Source: Planctomycetota bacterium
GTDB lineage: Bacteria > Planctomycetota > UBA1135 > JACQFD01
Length of the DNA stretch: 64,000 bases
Assembly (NCBI GenBank): GCA_016792805.1
Contig: JAEUHX010000055.1
Location: 17,481-81,480 of the forward strand
Direction of reading: 5' to 3'
Below the pieces are notes generated by a model. That model had not been told where the DNA came from, did no database searches, and saw only the letters and a list, made by a program, of their open reading frames with translations. A program made the position numbers and the translations under genes. Of this stretch, positions 44,715-53,840 are shown one piece after another; position 1 is the stretch's first letter; each line of letters opens with the position of its first letter.

Positions 44715-44822
44715 TCAGGTCGACCCCGAGAAGAACCACCATCGCATGAACAGAACAAGCCCGAGCAGCGCGGCAAGCCGCCAGATGCGGCCGTCCGAGA
44801 CCATGTCGATGAGTAACTTCAT
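44715..44822 (-). CDS. Candidate 35-aa hydrophobic peptide
   Basis: Below the ORF-track size cutoff. Reads MKLLIDMVSDGRIWRLAALLGLVLFMRWWFFSGST. gaggaa lies ~9 nt upstream of the ATG. Located 183 nt downstream of the FtsX permease gene on the same strand. Confidence 0.25.
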   Translation of the reverse strand: MKLLIDMVSDGRIWRLAALLGLVLFMRWWFFSGST

Positions 44823-45005
44823 GATGGACATTCCTCTTCGGAGCCCACGCCCCTGCGTGCGTCCAAGCTCCTCTTCGGCGGCCCGCGCGGGCCGTCTGAG
44901 CGGAGCGAATCGAGCAGGAAAAGTTCTCCGCCCGGTGGCGCCAGCCGGGCGGAGCTCGCTGCGCGAGCGGGCTTGGCGATCCGCGGACCGGCGGCCGGTT
45001 CGACC

Positions 45006-47621
45006 TTACTCGTAGCGCACGGCTTCTGCGGCGCGGAACCGGTTGGCCCGCGCGATCGGGAAGAAAGCCGCGGAGGCCGAAAGCAGAATCGAGCCGAGCA
45101 CGGCCGTGACGATCCAGGACGGCCGAATCTCGACGGTGAGCGTGAGCGAGGTGAGCCGCGTCAATGCGTCGACGGAGACCCACGCGAAGGCGGCGCCGAG
45201 CACACATCCGAGCAGTCCGCCGATGAGGCCGATGACGATCGCCTCAATCAGTACAGTTCCTGCGAGCTGATCGCCCGTCATGCCGAGCGCCTTCAGCACA
45301 CCGATCTCCTTGCGGCGCTCAATGGCCGCCAGCAAAAGTGCATTGAGCACGCTGACGCCAGCGAGGATTGCAACCAATCCGAGAATGAGGTCGAACAGAC
45401 GGAAATCGCGATCGATGTCCTCGAGCTCGGCGTCGCGCACGCTCAGGCCCGAGCGCACCTTGGGCGGCGGCAAGTCGGCCAGCGCCGAGCGCACGGCTGT
45501 TGCGGCTGCCTCGGGATCGACGCCCGGGGCGAACCGCAACGAAAAGTAAGAAAGCGCCTGGTCGCTGTGCCTACAAAAATACTTCTTCATCCACTTTTCC
45601 GAGACGACTCCAAACTCGCGATGCGTGGGGAAGTAGCCGAGCTCGTCGTGAATGGCGATGACGCGCAGCTTGCGCGGCGCTCCGCTCGGCACCGCCACCG
45701 GCACGTCCGATCCAACCGCAACTTTGAGAGCCCGCGCGCAGGGTGTCGACAGGATGATCGACTCGGTCTCCTCGAAGCGGCGCGCCACCTCGGGATCACG
45801 GAACGGGCCGAAAAATCCCGCCTCGGCGCCGCGAATGCCACGAATCATGAATGGGGAGTCGACCCAGTTTCCAAGGCTCTCGGCTCCGAGCACTCCCGGG
45901 ATGGCCTTGAGCTTCTCGAAGCGGTCGCGCGGCACGCCGGAGTTGGAACTTACGAATACTTTTGTAGCAACCGACTCGCTCCAAGCGCGCACCTCACCGC
46001 TCAAGCTCGCAGTGATCCCGCGAATGGTGAGCAACGCCGCCGCGACGAGAGCGATCGTGGCCGCCAGAATCGAAACGCGGGACGCGCCGTCGGACATGGA
46101 GCGGCCGGCCAGGAAGCCCTCGAGCGGCTTCCAGCCCGCCAGCGGCTGTGCGACGCGCCGCGAAAGCCCGCCTAGGACGCGCGGCGCAAGCAACAGAAAC
46201 CCAAGGAACACGGCCAGCAGAAGCCCTCCCGTGGCCATGACGCGCGCCATTTCCTGGGAGGTCTCGCCGATTAAGGGAACAGCGAAAAGATATAGAGCGG
46301 GCATCACGCCCGCGAGCAGCGCGAAGATGAAGATGTTGAGCCCACGAAAGAGGTCGGTGTCACCGCCGAGCTCGCGCTGCGAGAGAACTCGCGAGGGAAG
46401 AATGGAGCGCGCCTTCACGAGCGGGAAGATCGACCCGAGCAGGGCCACCACAAATCCGACGCCCGCGATGGCAAGCACCGGCTCCCAGGGGATCGCGAAG
46501 AGACCCACGCTCGCGACGCGGCCGAGCGTCGTGTAACCCATCAGGAGGGCACCCTTCGCAAGGCCGAGGCCGATCCCGACGCCGAGCAGCGCCCCCAGCA
46601 GTGCAATGACGGCGCCTTCTGTAAAAAAGGCCATCCCGATCTGTGCGCGCGTCGCCCCCACGGCGTTGAGCACGGCGATCTCGCGAACGCGCTCGACGAG
46701 GGACATCGAGAGCGTGTGGAATACCACGAAAAGCCCGAGCAGAAGCGCGAGAACTCCGGAGACGCGGACGCCGTTGCGGAACGCGCGCTCATCGGCCGCC
46801 TCGCCGACAAGCGCGGAGCGATCGGTGCTGAATGCAAAATTCGGCGTGAGCTTGATCTTGAGATCTTCAATCGAAAGCCGCTTCGCCTTCCCGATCCAAT
46901 AGACGGCGGGCGAGTGGGCTTCGCCGAAGATCCGCTCGACGGCGCTCAAGGGCGCAATGATCACAGAACCACCCGCCTGCCGGCCGAGATGGTAGCGCTC
47001 GAGCGTCCCCGCGATTTGATAGCGCACGCGGACGGGAGCGACCTCGGGCGGCGCCTCGCGCCCCTCGCTCGGATTCACCATCTCGCCATCGACACAAATC
47101 CCACTGGAGCGGCTCTCGCGCTGCACGCGCTGGAGCTCCACAGAATCGCCCACCTTGAGCTTCAGCCGCGAAGCCAGCTCCGCGCCCATGAGACATCTCG
47201 AATAGTCGGGCGAATCGATGCTCTGGAGGTCGCTGCCGTCGGAGATCTGATACGACGCAAATGTATGTACTTTTCGAGCGGTGTCGTCGAGAGCAATGAT
47301 CTTACAGCTCCCGCGAACCTCATCATTCACCACGATGCTAACGGCATCCATGATGACGGCTCCCGCGGCGCCGACCCCCTCAAGCCCCCGCAGCTCCGCC
47401 AGCACGTCGACCGGCTTGCGCCGCGGGTCGACGGGCATCGCCTCAAGATCGACCTTCGCAAACTCCTCCGTGCGCGGCAGCGTCTTCGAGAGCACCGTGA
47501 CGACGTCGAGCGTCAGAATCGCGACGGCGGTCGCCACTCCGAGCGCAATACCGAGCATCGATACAAAAGCGCGCCCGGGGCGCGTGCGCAGGGCGCTCCA
47601 TGCGAGGGAGAGGGCGAGCAT
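45006..47621 (-). CDS. ABC transporter permease, double FtsX/MacB-type
   Basis: 871 aa with two FtsX-like 4-TM modules, each preceded by a large periplasmic domain. N-terminus: MLALSLAWSALRTRPGRAFVSMLGIALGVA. Confidence 0.88.
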   Translation of the reverse strand: MLALSLAWSALRTRPGRAFVSMLGIALGVATAVAILTLDVVTVLSKTLPRTEEFAKVDLEAMPVDPRRKPVDVLAELRGLEGVGAAGAVIMDAVSIVVNDEVRGSCKIIALDDTARKVHTFASYQISDGSDLQSIDSPDYSRCLMGAELASRLKLKVGDSVELQRVQRESRSSGICVDGEMVNPSEGREAPPEVAPVRVRYQIAGTLERYHLGRQAGGSVIIAPLSAVERIFGEAHSPAVYWIGKAKRLSIEDLKIKLTPNFAFSTDRSALVGEAADERAFRNGVRVSGVLALLLGLFVVFHTLSMSLVERVREIAVLNAVGATRAQIGMAFFTEGAVIALLGALLGVGIGLGLAKGALLMGYTTLGRVASVGLFAIPWEPVLAIAGVGFVVALLGSIFPLVKARSILPSRVLSQRELGGDTDLFRGLNIFIFALLAGVMPALYLFAVPLIGETSQEMARVMATGGLLLAVFLGFLLLAPRVLGGLSRRVAQPLAGWKPLEGFLAGRSMSDGASRVSILAATIALVAAALLTIRGITASLSGEVRAWSESVATKVFVSSNSGVPRDRFEKLKAIPGVLGAESLGNWVDSPFMIRGIRGAEAGFFGPFRDPEVARRFEETESIILSTPCARALKVAVGSDVPVAVPSGAPRKLRVIAIHDELGYFPTHREFGVVSEKWMKKYFCRHSDQALSYFSLRFAPGVDPEAAATAVRSALADLPPPKVRSGLSVRDAELEDIDRDFRLFDLILGLVAILAGVSVLNALLLAAIERRKEIGVLKALGMTGDQLAGTVLIEAIVIGLIGGLLGCVLGAAFAWVSVDALTRLTSLTLTVEIRPSWIVTAVLGSILLSASAAFFPIARANRFRAAEAVRYE

Positions 47622-47626
47622 GGCCG

Positions 47627-48397
47627 CTACACTCCGAGGCGCGAGAGCGTCTCGTGGATTCGCTCCGCCGTGAGACCGGGCCCTCGCATTTCACCGTCGG
47701 GCACGAGCTGGCCGTCGCGGAGCACGAGCACGCGGTCGGCGTAAGCGGCGTCGCGCGGATTGTGAGTCACTAATAAAATCGTGCGTTTCTCCTGCGTCCG
47801 GCAGGCGCTGAGCGCCTTCATCACTTCTTCGCCCGCCTTGGTGGCCAAATTCCCCGTCGGCTCATCGCACAGAAGCAGCGGCGCGCCGGAGATCAGCGCG
47901 CGCGCGATCGACGTGCGCTGCATCTCGCCGCCGGAGAGCTGTCCCGGCAAGTGGCTTCGCCGCTCGGCGAGGCCGAACTGCGACAAGAGCCGGTCGATGT
48001 CGGGCTGCGCGGAACGCACCGATCGCCCCGCGATTCGCAGCGGAAGTGCAATATTCTCCTCGACGGTGAGCGTCGGAAGAAGATTGAAGAACTGGAATAC
48101 AAATCCGATCTGCTGGCGGCGCACGAGCGTTCGCGCGCGCTCGTCGAGATCACCCATCGGACGCCCGCCGAGATCAACGCTCCCCGACGACGGCTGGTCG
48201 AGCCCCGAAATACACTGAAGAAGCGTGGTTTTGCCGGAACCGCTCGGCCCCATCACGGCAACGAATTCCTGGGGCGCAACGGAGAGGCTCACATCGATGA
48301 GCACCGGGAGCTTTCGCCCATGGAGTTCATGGAAGCGATAGAGATTGCGGACTTGGACGGCGGCCGATGCGGTGGCGGGCGGTGCGGTAGGGCTCAT
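47627..48397 (-). CDS. ABC transporter ATP-binding protein (LolD/MacB-type)
   Basis: Trimmed to ATG 48397 (MSPTAPPATASAAVQVRNLYRF). Walker A GPSGSGKTTLL, signature LSGGEMQRTSIARAL, Walker B LLLCDEPTGNLA. Confidence 0.92.
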   Translation of the reverse strand: MSPTAPPATASAAVQVRNLYRFHELHGRKLPVLIDVSLSVAPQEFVAVMGPSGSGKTTLLQCISGLDQPSSGSVDLGGRPMGDLDERARTLVRRQQIGFVFQFFNLLPTLTVEENIALPLRIAGRSVRSAQPDIDRLLSQFGLAERRSHLPGQLSGGEMQRTSIARALISGAPLLLCDEPTGNLATKAGEEVMKALSACRTQEKRTILLVTHNPRDAAYADRVLVLRDGQLVPDGEMRGPGLTAERIHETLSRLGV

Positions 48398-48401
48398 CTC
48401 A

Positions 48402-50024
48402 GTGCCTCGAATCCTACTCGGTGAGAGGTTCCCTCGTCGCGGGGCGCCGTGGTACGAATCTCCCGTGCTCGCGTTCCTCGTACTTGCTGCGACGGCCGCC
48501 GCGGCCCTGCAGGACGGGCCGCCGCCGACCCTGGAGGTCCGCGTCAATCGCGCCATCGACCGGGGCGTCGAGTGGCTCCAGAAGGAGCAGCAGGCCGACG
48601 GATCCTGGGGGCACACGGGAACAGACGAGTTCCGCCGAGGCACCGCCGCGCTCGGCTTTCTTACGCTCATCAAATCGGGCGTTCGGGAGGGAGACCCAGC
48701 GATTCAGAAATGCCTACGTTACTTTTCTGGGCCGCCGGAGTTCGACCGCACCTATTCGGCCGGCGTGGAGCTGATGGCCTGGGAGGCGCTGAAGCGTGGA
48801 AAAGTAGACTTGCCGCGGGTGCAGGCCGGCGCGCAGTGGCTCATGGAGCATCGCGACCGAAGCTCAAAGCTCTGGGCCTATCCCCACGGCGACGTCGATC
48901 TGTCGAACACACAGTACGCGATCCTGGGGCTGCATGCCGCGGCGCGCATGGGAGTGAAGATCCCGCCGGAGTTCCTGCTGGAGTCGATCCTCGCCATCGC
49001 AAAGCGCCACCAGGAGCGCCAAGGGGGATCGTTCACTTATCGAGATCCGGCGGATTTCGGAACGGGCTCGATGACGGTCGCCGCCATCACCGATCTGCGC
49101 ATCGCGGCGATCGCGTTAAAGGGCTACGGCCCCTATGAGGCGCGCCGCGCCGAGCTCGATGCCATCGAGAAAAGTGCGTTCGCGTGGCTGGAGCGCAATT
49201 ATCGAATCGACGCCAACCCGACGAACAATACCGGCCGCGGCTTCATGCGTCCGTGGCAGCATTACTATTTGTACGGCCTGGAGCGCGCGTGTTCGCTTGC
49301 CGGGAAGCCGAAGATCGGCACCCACGCGTGGTATCCCGAAGGGGCGGAGCACCTCGTCTCGACGCAGGACGACAAGGGCGCTTGGAAAGGTGAGTTTCCC
49401 ACCACCTGCTTCGCGCTGCTTTTCTTGAAGCGCGCGACGCTGACGTGGTCCGGCGAGAAGGAGCCTTCGGGCGAATTCGTCGGTGCGCCGGTCGTCGCGG
49501 CGACGCGCCGCCCGCCGTCGCCGCAGGCTTCTATACCGTTTCTGAAGGATTGGCTCGTGGCCGGGCCGTTCCCCACAAAACGAAACGAACCATTTGCCAA
49601 GGATGAGGTCGGCGAGGCGTCTGTTCGCTCGGGGAAAGCGGGCGAATCCGCCGGTACATCCAACAAAAAGTGGGTGGCCGGCGCGCTCACGGACGGCTGG
49701 GTGCTCGTGTTGGACGGCGATAAGGGCGCCGTGCTCGCCCCCTACGACGGCGCCTTTGTGTATGCTTTCACGACGGTGCGCGTCGCGAAGGAGCAAGATG
49801 CCGTGCTCTGGCTCGGACACGACGACGGCGCGCGCGCCTGGCTCAACGGCAAGCTTGTCTACGAAGGCGACAGCTACGGCGAGGCGCCGAACCGCGATGC
49901 ATACTTTGCACAGATCCGGCTGAAGGCGGGCGTGAACACGCTCCTCTTCAAGGTCGTCGACTGGAGCTACGGCAGCGGCCTCTGCGCGCGTATCGCGACG
50001 CCGGCCGGCGGCCCGATCGAATAG
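48402..50024 (+). CDS. Secreted prenyltransferase/squalene-oxidase-repeat (alpha-alpha toroid) protein with a C-terminal jelly-roll domain
   Basis: Contains RAIDRGVEWLQKEQQADGSWG, KLWAYPHG and DDKGAWKG, typical terpenoid-cyclase-like repeats. The C-terminus has WLVAGPFP...LWLGHDDGARAWLNGKLVYEG...GVNTLLFKV. The start is uncertain: GTG 48402 or 48465. Confidence 0.7.
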   Translation: MPRILLGERFPRRGAPWYESPVLAFLVLAATAAAALQDGPPPTLEVRVNRAIDRGVEWLQKEQQADGSWGHTGTDEFRRGTAALGFLTLIKSGVREGDPAIQKCLRYFSGPPEFDRTYSAGVELMAWEALKRGKVDLPRVQAGAQWLMEHRDRSSKLWAYPHGDVDLSNTQYAILGLHAAARMGVKIPPEFLLESILAIAKRHQERQGGSFTYRDPADFGTGSMTVAAITDLRIAAIALKGYGPYEARRAELDAIEKSAFAWLERNYRIDANPTNNTGRGFMRPWQHYYLYGLERACSLAGKPKIGTHAWYPEGAEHLVSTQDDKGAWKGEFPTTCFALLFLKRATLTWSGEKEPSGEFVGAPVVAATRRPPSPQASIPFLKDWLVAGPFPTKRNEPFAKDEVGEASVRSGKAGESAGTSNKKWVAGALTDGWVLVLDGDKGAVLAPYDGAFVYAFTTVRVAKEQDAVLWLGHDDGARAWLNGKLVYEGDSYGEAPNRDAYFAQIRLKAGVNTLLFKVVDWSYGSGLCARIATPAGGPIE

Positions 50025-50043
50025 TTGCGTTCTCCGCGGCGCG

Positions 50044-51528
50044 CTACGCGACCGCGGGAACGAGCAGGCTCGGCTGCGGCACCACGATCTGCGGAGCGGG
50101 GAAGAACTGCTCCTTCTCGTGGTGGATGTGGCACGTGGCGCACTTCGGGTGCACCGCGCGCGACCGCAAGAATCCGTCGCGGATGCGGTTCAGCTCGGGG
50201 CCGTTCCAAATCTCCTCGACCGATTGCGTGCGCGCGTCGCCGAGCGAAATCTGACCTTCGGCGTCGACGCAGCAAGCAGTCGTTCGGCCGTCGACGAGCA
50301 CGGCGAGCTGCCGCCACGGGAACGAGCAGAAGTGATCTCGCATGCGCGGCATTTGCGGCACGTGCCGGCGCAGCGCCGGCTCCTGCTGCTGGTTGCCGGC
50401 GGCTCCTTCGCCCCAGGCGTGGTACGGAGTCCACTGAAGCTCGAGCCCGTCGCAGAGCTTGAGCAGCGTCGTCCCGCGCGGGTCTAGCTGCACGGTCTCA
50501 TGCACGTCGGCGGCAACCTTGCCCCCGGCGTTTCTCACAATTCGAACCCAGTGCGCGACGATTGTACGAATGCGGGCGAGCTCCGACGGATCGTTCGCCT
50601 TCGCGAGATCATACAGAACGTTGATCCGCGTGGCCGGAGGCGCGCCGCGCCTCACGATCTCGGTCACCATCGCCTCGATGCCCGCCATGTACGCTTCGAA
50701 CGGCAGGTCGGTGCCGCGCTGGCGCTCATACTCTTCGCGCTCGGGCGTATTGAGCGAAACCACCATTTCGTCGAGCTTCGTCGAGAAGATCTTCTCGATG
50801 CGATCAGGCTGAAAGCGCGAGCCGTTGGTGGCAAGCACAATTCGCTGGCCGACCGAATGCGCATATTCGACGAAGTCAAAAAAGCGCGGGTAAAGCATCG
50901 GCTCGCCCATCAGGTGCACGCGAATGGGATAGTGGTGCCCCATCGCGGCGAGGTCGGCGACGACCTTCTTAGCGAGTTCGAAATCCATGGGCCGCTGCTT
51001 GCGCGTGAGTTCCCCCTGCGGGCAGAACGTGCAGCGGAAGTTGCAAGAATTCACGAGCTCGACGAACGCGTCGAAGATCGTGTTGCGGACGCGCAGCGGC
51101 GCTTCCTCGGTCTCGATCGGGAGCTCCTCGAGGCGAGTGCCGCCGTTGGGCGTCGGCACGCGGCGATGGAGGCCGAGCTTGACGACGTAGTCGCCGGCGA
51201 AGGCCTGGACGTTCAGATTGGCCCCGAAGAGCTCGGATCCGCCGACCGGCACCGCGTGGGGCACCGGCGTCTCGAGCAGGCGGCGCACGAGGCGGCCGTC
51301 GGGCATGTGGAGGTCGGCAGTGCCGACCAGCTGGGTCGCCGTCTCGGGGCGCGCCAGCGCGAGCAAACCGCGATTCCGAAGGCGAATCGGAAACGGGATC
51401 GACTCGAATCCCCAAGCGTCGGCGGGGGCGCGCTCAGGGCAGAGTTCGGCTAAGGGCGGGGTCACGGTCGTAGCTAGCGACCCCGTCTCCGGCGGTATCC
51501 CGATTTCTCCGATCTCCCCGATCTCCAT
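50044..51528 (-). CDS. Radical SAM / SPASM-domain enzyme with a ~140-aa N-terminal extra domain
   Basis: Contains CNFRCTFC (Cx3Cx2C). The C-terminal Cys cluster is CSFPW...ACCVD...CATCH. Trimmed to ATG 51528 (MEIGEIGEIG...). There is no clear RBS, so the start is uncertain. Confidence 0.85.
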   Translation of the reverse strand: MEIGEIGEIGIPPETGSLATTVTPPLAELCPERAPADAWGFESIPFPIRLRNRGLLALARPETATQLVGTADLHMPDGRLVRRLLETPVPHAVPVGGSELFGANLNVQAFAGDYVVKLGLHRRVPTPNGGTRLEELPIETEEAPLRVRNTIFDAFVELVNSCNFRCTFCPQGELTRKQRPMDFELAKKVVADLAAMGHHYPIRVHLMGEPMLYPRFFDFVEYAHSVGQRIVLATNGSRFQPDRIEKIFSTKLDEMVVSLNTPEREEYERQRGTDLPFEAYMAGIEAMVTEIVRRGAPPATRINVLYDLAKANDPSELARIRTIVAHWVRIVRNAGGKVAADVHETVQLDPRGTTLLKLCDGLELQWTPYHAWGEGAAGNQQQEPALRRHVPQMPRMRDHFCSFPWRQLAVLVDGRTTACCVDAEGQISLGDARTQSVEEIWNGPELNRIRDGFLRSRAVHPKCATCHIHHEKEQFFPAPQIVVPQPSLLVPAVA

Positions 51529-52076
51529 GGCGCGGCTGGCCCGGCGACGATGGCCGGGAGCTCTCCTTCGGAGTCTCTTCTCGGCATGCCGACTCGGACG
51601 ACCGAAGCTCGATCGAATGGCCTGAACCGAGCCACAAAGCCGCAATCTCACGGATTCGGGCGATAGCTCCCTTCGAGGCGTGCCGTTCATGGGTTCTGGC
51701 TGTCGACACGAACCAATCTTGTCCCGCCCTTCGCCGCGGGCCCCCAAAGCCGGGAGTTCAACCGCGGCTGGGGTTCGAACGAATTCTCACGATCTGCTCG
51801 AGCGCGGCGCGCATCTCCTCGAGCGCCTTGCGCGGCTGGGGCATGGCAGGCGCGCTCCGAAGACGCCCAGCTCATCCGAGAATTTCACGGTGTGCCTGCG
51901 GGTGTGACCGAAGGCTCCCAATGCACTCAACAAGATGTGGTTGAGGGACTTCTGCTCATGTAGTCACTCTGAGCGCCGAGCTTGCCCGGCGGGCTGAAGC
52001 CACACTTGCTCCAAAGAGTCCCCAGCACCGCAACAGCTGGTCGATACAGAAATTCAACTTCAGAGCGCTATCTCAT

Positions 52077-52451
52077 TTATGAATAAATGACAATAACCCC
52101 TTTTCTCCAGGGGAACTCCCGAGACAAATATTGCACCTTCGGAATGTCTTTTAGGAGCACGGCAATACAAACGGAGTCTATTGCGCCTGTCGCTCGGTGA
52201 GTCTCCTGACGGAGGGCAGAGCATCGCACGCCCTCGCGGCCGAGATGGACCATGAACGCATATATTTCGCTATTATCACTTCCAACCACTCTTAGGGCAG
52301 GATATGAATAAGCTTCCCGGTTCGTCGTGGAGCAGGCACCAAGCGCCACCACAGCCAGAAGAGGGAATAATAACACGTTCCTAGGTATGCGGCCCAAGGT
52401 GGGACTCCAAACAGCAGAGGGACTGATTTCGATAGGCACGACTCGTCTCAC
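52077..52451 (-). CDS. Hypothetical lipoprotein encoded with AT-rich codons
   Basis: Lipobox LLFPLLAVVALGAC-STT. Codons such as tta tta ttc cct ctt, tat tca tat, agt gat aat are unlike the rest of the window. The start is uncertain: GTG 52451 or an internal GTG before LLFPLL. Confidence 0.45.
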   Translation of the reverse strand: MRRVVPIEISPSAVWSPTLGRIPRNVLLFPLLAVVALGACSTTNREAYSYPALRVVGSDNSEIYAFMVHLGREGVRCSALRQETHRATGAIDSVCIAVLLKDIPKVQYLSREFPWRKGVIVIYS

Positions 52452-52643
52452 TATCCCGGGTCATTCTCGACTGGACCAGCTTCTGAAAACCACTTCTCTT
52501 CCGGACAGGCATGTTGTAATATGTCGACGTCAGGGCTCTCGATCTTCGTCGGAACACCAACGCTATTCTCGGGCACCTGACTAGTGTGTCGTGTAACAAT
52601 CTTCCACTACTCGAATGAGCATTCACTAGAAATCTTGTAGTGG

Positions 52644-52970
52644 TCACAAGATTGCTTCGCATAGTACGGCACGAGGTCGAGCATCGCCGCGGTTTCTTGT
52701 GATCAGTACGAAGGTCTCGAGAGTCGCGAGATACGCCTCGCGCTGGACCTTGCGAAGGGCGAAACGAGTGCCATCGCTCAGCAGGACGCGCGCGGACGCC
52801 TCGCAGCCAGCGGCGTAGAGCTCGCTGCGAAGCGACTCCAGGGTCGCGCGATCGGCCGATTTGTCAAGCTGCTCGGCCGTGAGCCCGCCGCGGCCAATCT
52901 GCACGCGCAGCGCGTTGAGACGGCCGCGCGCCGCCGCCGTGTTTGGCACCAGCATCTGTGTGAAGTGCAC
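52644..52970 (-). CDS. Hypothetical protein, possibly a gene fragment
   Basis: 108-aa ORF with host-like GC-rich codons. In-frame upstream codons without a start encode a TM-like TLAILALAALRAGLARRR, suggesting a 5'-truncated remnant. Confidence 0.3.
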   Translation of the reverse strand: MHFTQMLVPNTAAARGRLNALRVQIGRGGLTAEQLDKSADRATLESLRSELYAAGCEASARVLLSDGTRFALRKVQREAYLATLETFVLITRNRGDARPRAVLCEAIL

Positions 52971-53482
52971 GCGCTTTCGCCCCAGCCGACGCCGCGCCAG
53001 CCCAGCCCTCAGCGCCGCGAGCGCGAGGATCGCCAGAGTCGAAGTCGTCGATATACCTCGGTGGCAGAGCTACATCGAAAGTCTCCCAAACACAAACAAC
53101 TCAAAGCCTACAGAACTCGCATTCCAAAACGCGGTCGGTGGCGCCTCCCCACATCGCAAGGTTTCCAAGGAGGGCAGTGTCCGAGTGGCCTCGAGAGATC
53201 TGTGAGAGAGTAGGCATGGAATGCAGGTCGTCAAAAGAAAGTTCGTTAAAACTGTAGATCGCTTATAGAAACCACAAGAAACTCGACCCTCCCTTCTCTT
53301 CGAGTTCACGGATAAGCTACAATAGCCCCGCACCTCGGGACTGCCCCCAAGCGCGCCGTAGCCTTCGACCTCTCGAACCGCATTGCACTCGGTCTCCCTA
53401 CAACTTTGCATACAGCGGACACCATCCAGAGGCGAGCGCCGCGTATCATGATAGAAAAAGTGCGCTTTGAAGGGAGGACACC

Positions 53483-53722
53483 ATGCAAGAGCTCCTCGAC
53501 GAGTACTCGGTCAGCCGATGTGGCGTGCGGGAGCGAACTCGCATCGGAGCAGCTGCGACTTCACAAAAGGCTCGGGCGCGGCAGGCTGCTCAGGGGTTGC
53601 AGGTCCGTCGGACTCGTGTCCAGCGAAGACTCTGCCTCCGATGCCAAATTCTCACAGGCGTGAATCCCAGCTGTCACCGGAGATTCGATCATCTGTTAGA
53701 TCGTGATCTCGAAGATCATTGA
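53483..53722 (+). CDS. Candidate small basic Cys/His-containing protein
   Basis: The ATG is preceded by a strong SD (gaagGGAGGAcaccATG). 79 aa, Arg-rich, with CLRC and CH pairs. No recognisable family. Confidence 0.3.
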   Translation: MQELLDEYSVSRCGVRERTRIGAAATSQKARARQAAQGLQVRRTRVQRRLCLRCQILTGVNPSCHRRFDHLLDRDLEDH

Positions 53723-53840
53723 GCTGCGCAGAACTCACGCGGAAACAGCTCGGTCGGCCGACTGAACTGACATGCGCCTCCATCGATGGCGACCGACGCA
53801 CGCGCGCGGAGATGTGTCCGCGGCGGATCTCCCACCCGCC

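Larger units (their letters stand above)
51900..53720. other. Compositionally atypical, gene-poor segment (probable foreign or decayed DNA)
   Basis: Hand counts give 26/60 G+C at 52081-52140 and 22/60 at 53221-53280, against 45/60 at 50041-50100. There are few convincing ORFs. A further ~750 nt with no convincing ORF (54240-54997) hand-counts at 32/60 for 54301-54360. Confidence 0.65.

Noticed and set aside
51500-51528. Three in-frame 9-nt repeats (ccgatttct/ccgatctcc/ccgatctcc) giving (EIG)3 at the proposed start of the radical-SAM gene. I considered a phase-variable tract.
   Set aside because: The repeats are only three imperfect units and are in-frame, so slippage would not switch the gene off. 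There is no supporting evidence.
51765-51790. A tRNA T-loop-like GGTTCGAAC, and a D-loop-like GTCCGAGTGGCC at about 53178-53190.
   Set aside because: I could not build complementary T- or D-stems or an acceptor stem around either. No cloverleaf forms.
52644-53411. ORFs 53070..53411 and 52644..52970 lie in the same minus-strand frame and are separated only by a TAG at 53070-53072. I considered a pseudogene or stop-codon readthrough.
   Set aside because: The upstream ORF's translation is not protein-like and lies in the AT-rich stretch with different codon usage. The shared frame is probably a coincidence.
53070-53480. An AT-rich ~400-nt stretch, inspected for tmRNA, RNase P, 6S or SRP-like conserved boxes.
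   Set aside because: I could not find any of the conserved sequence boxes I know (for example GAGGAAAGTCC, or a tmRNA tag reading frame with a tRNA-like end). An Infernal scan is needed before any call.
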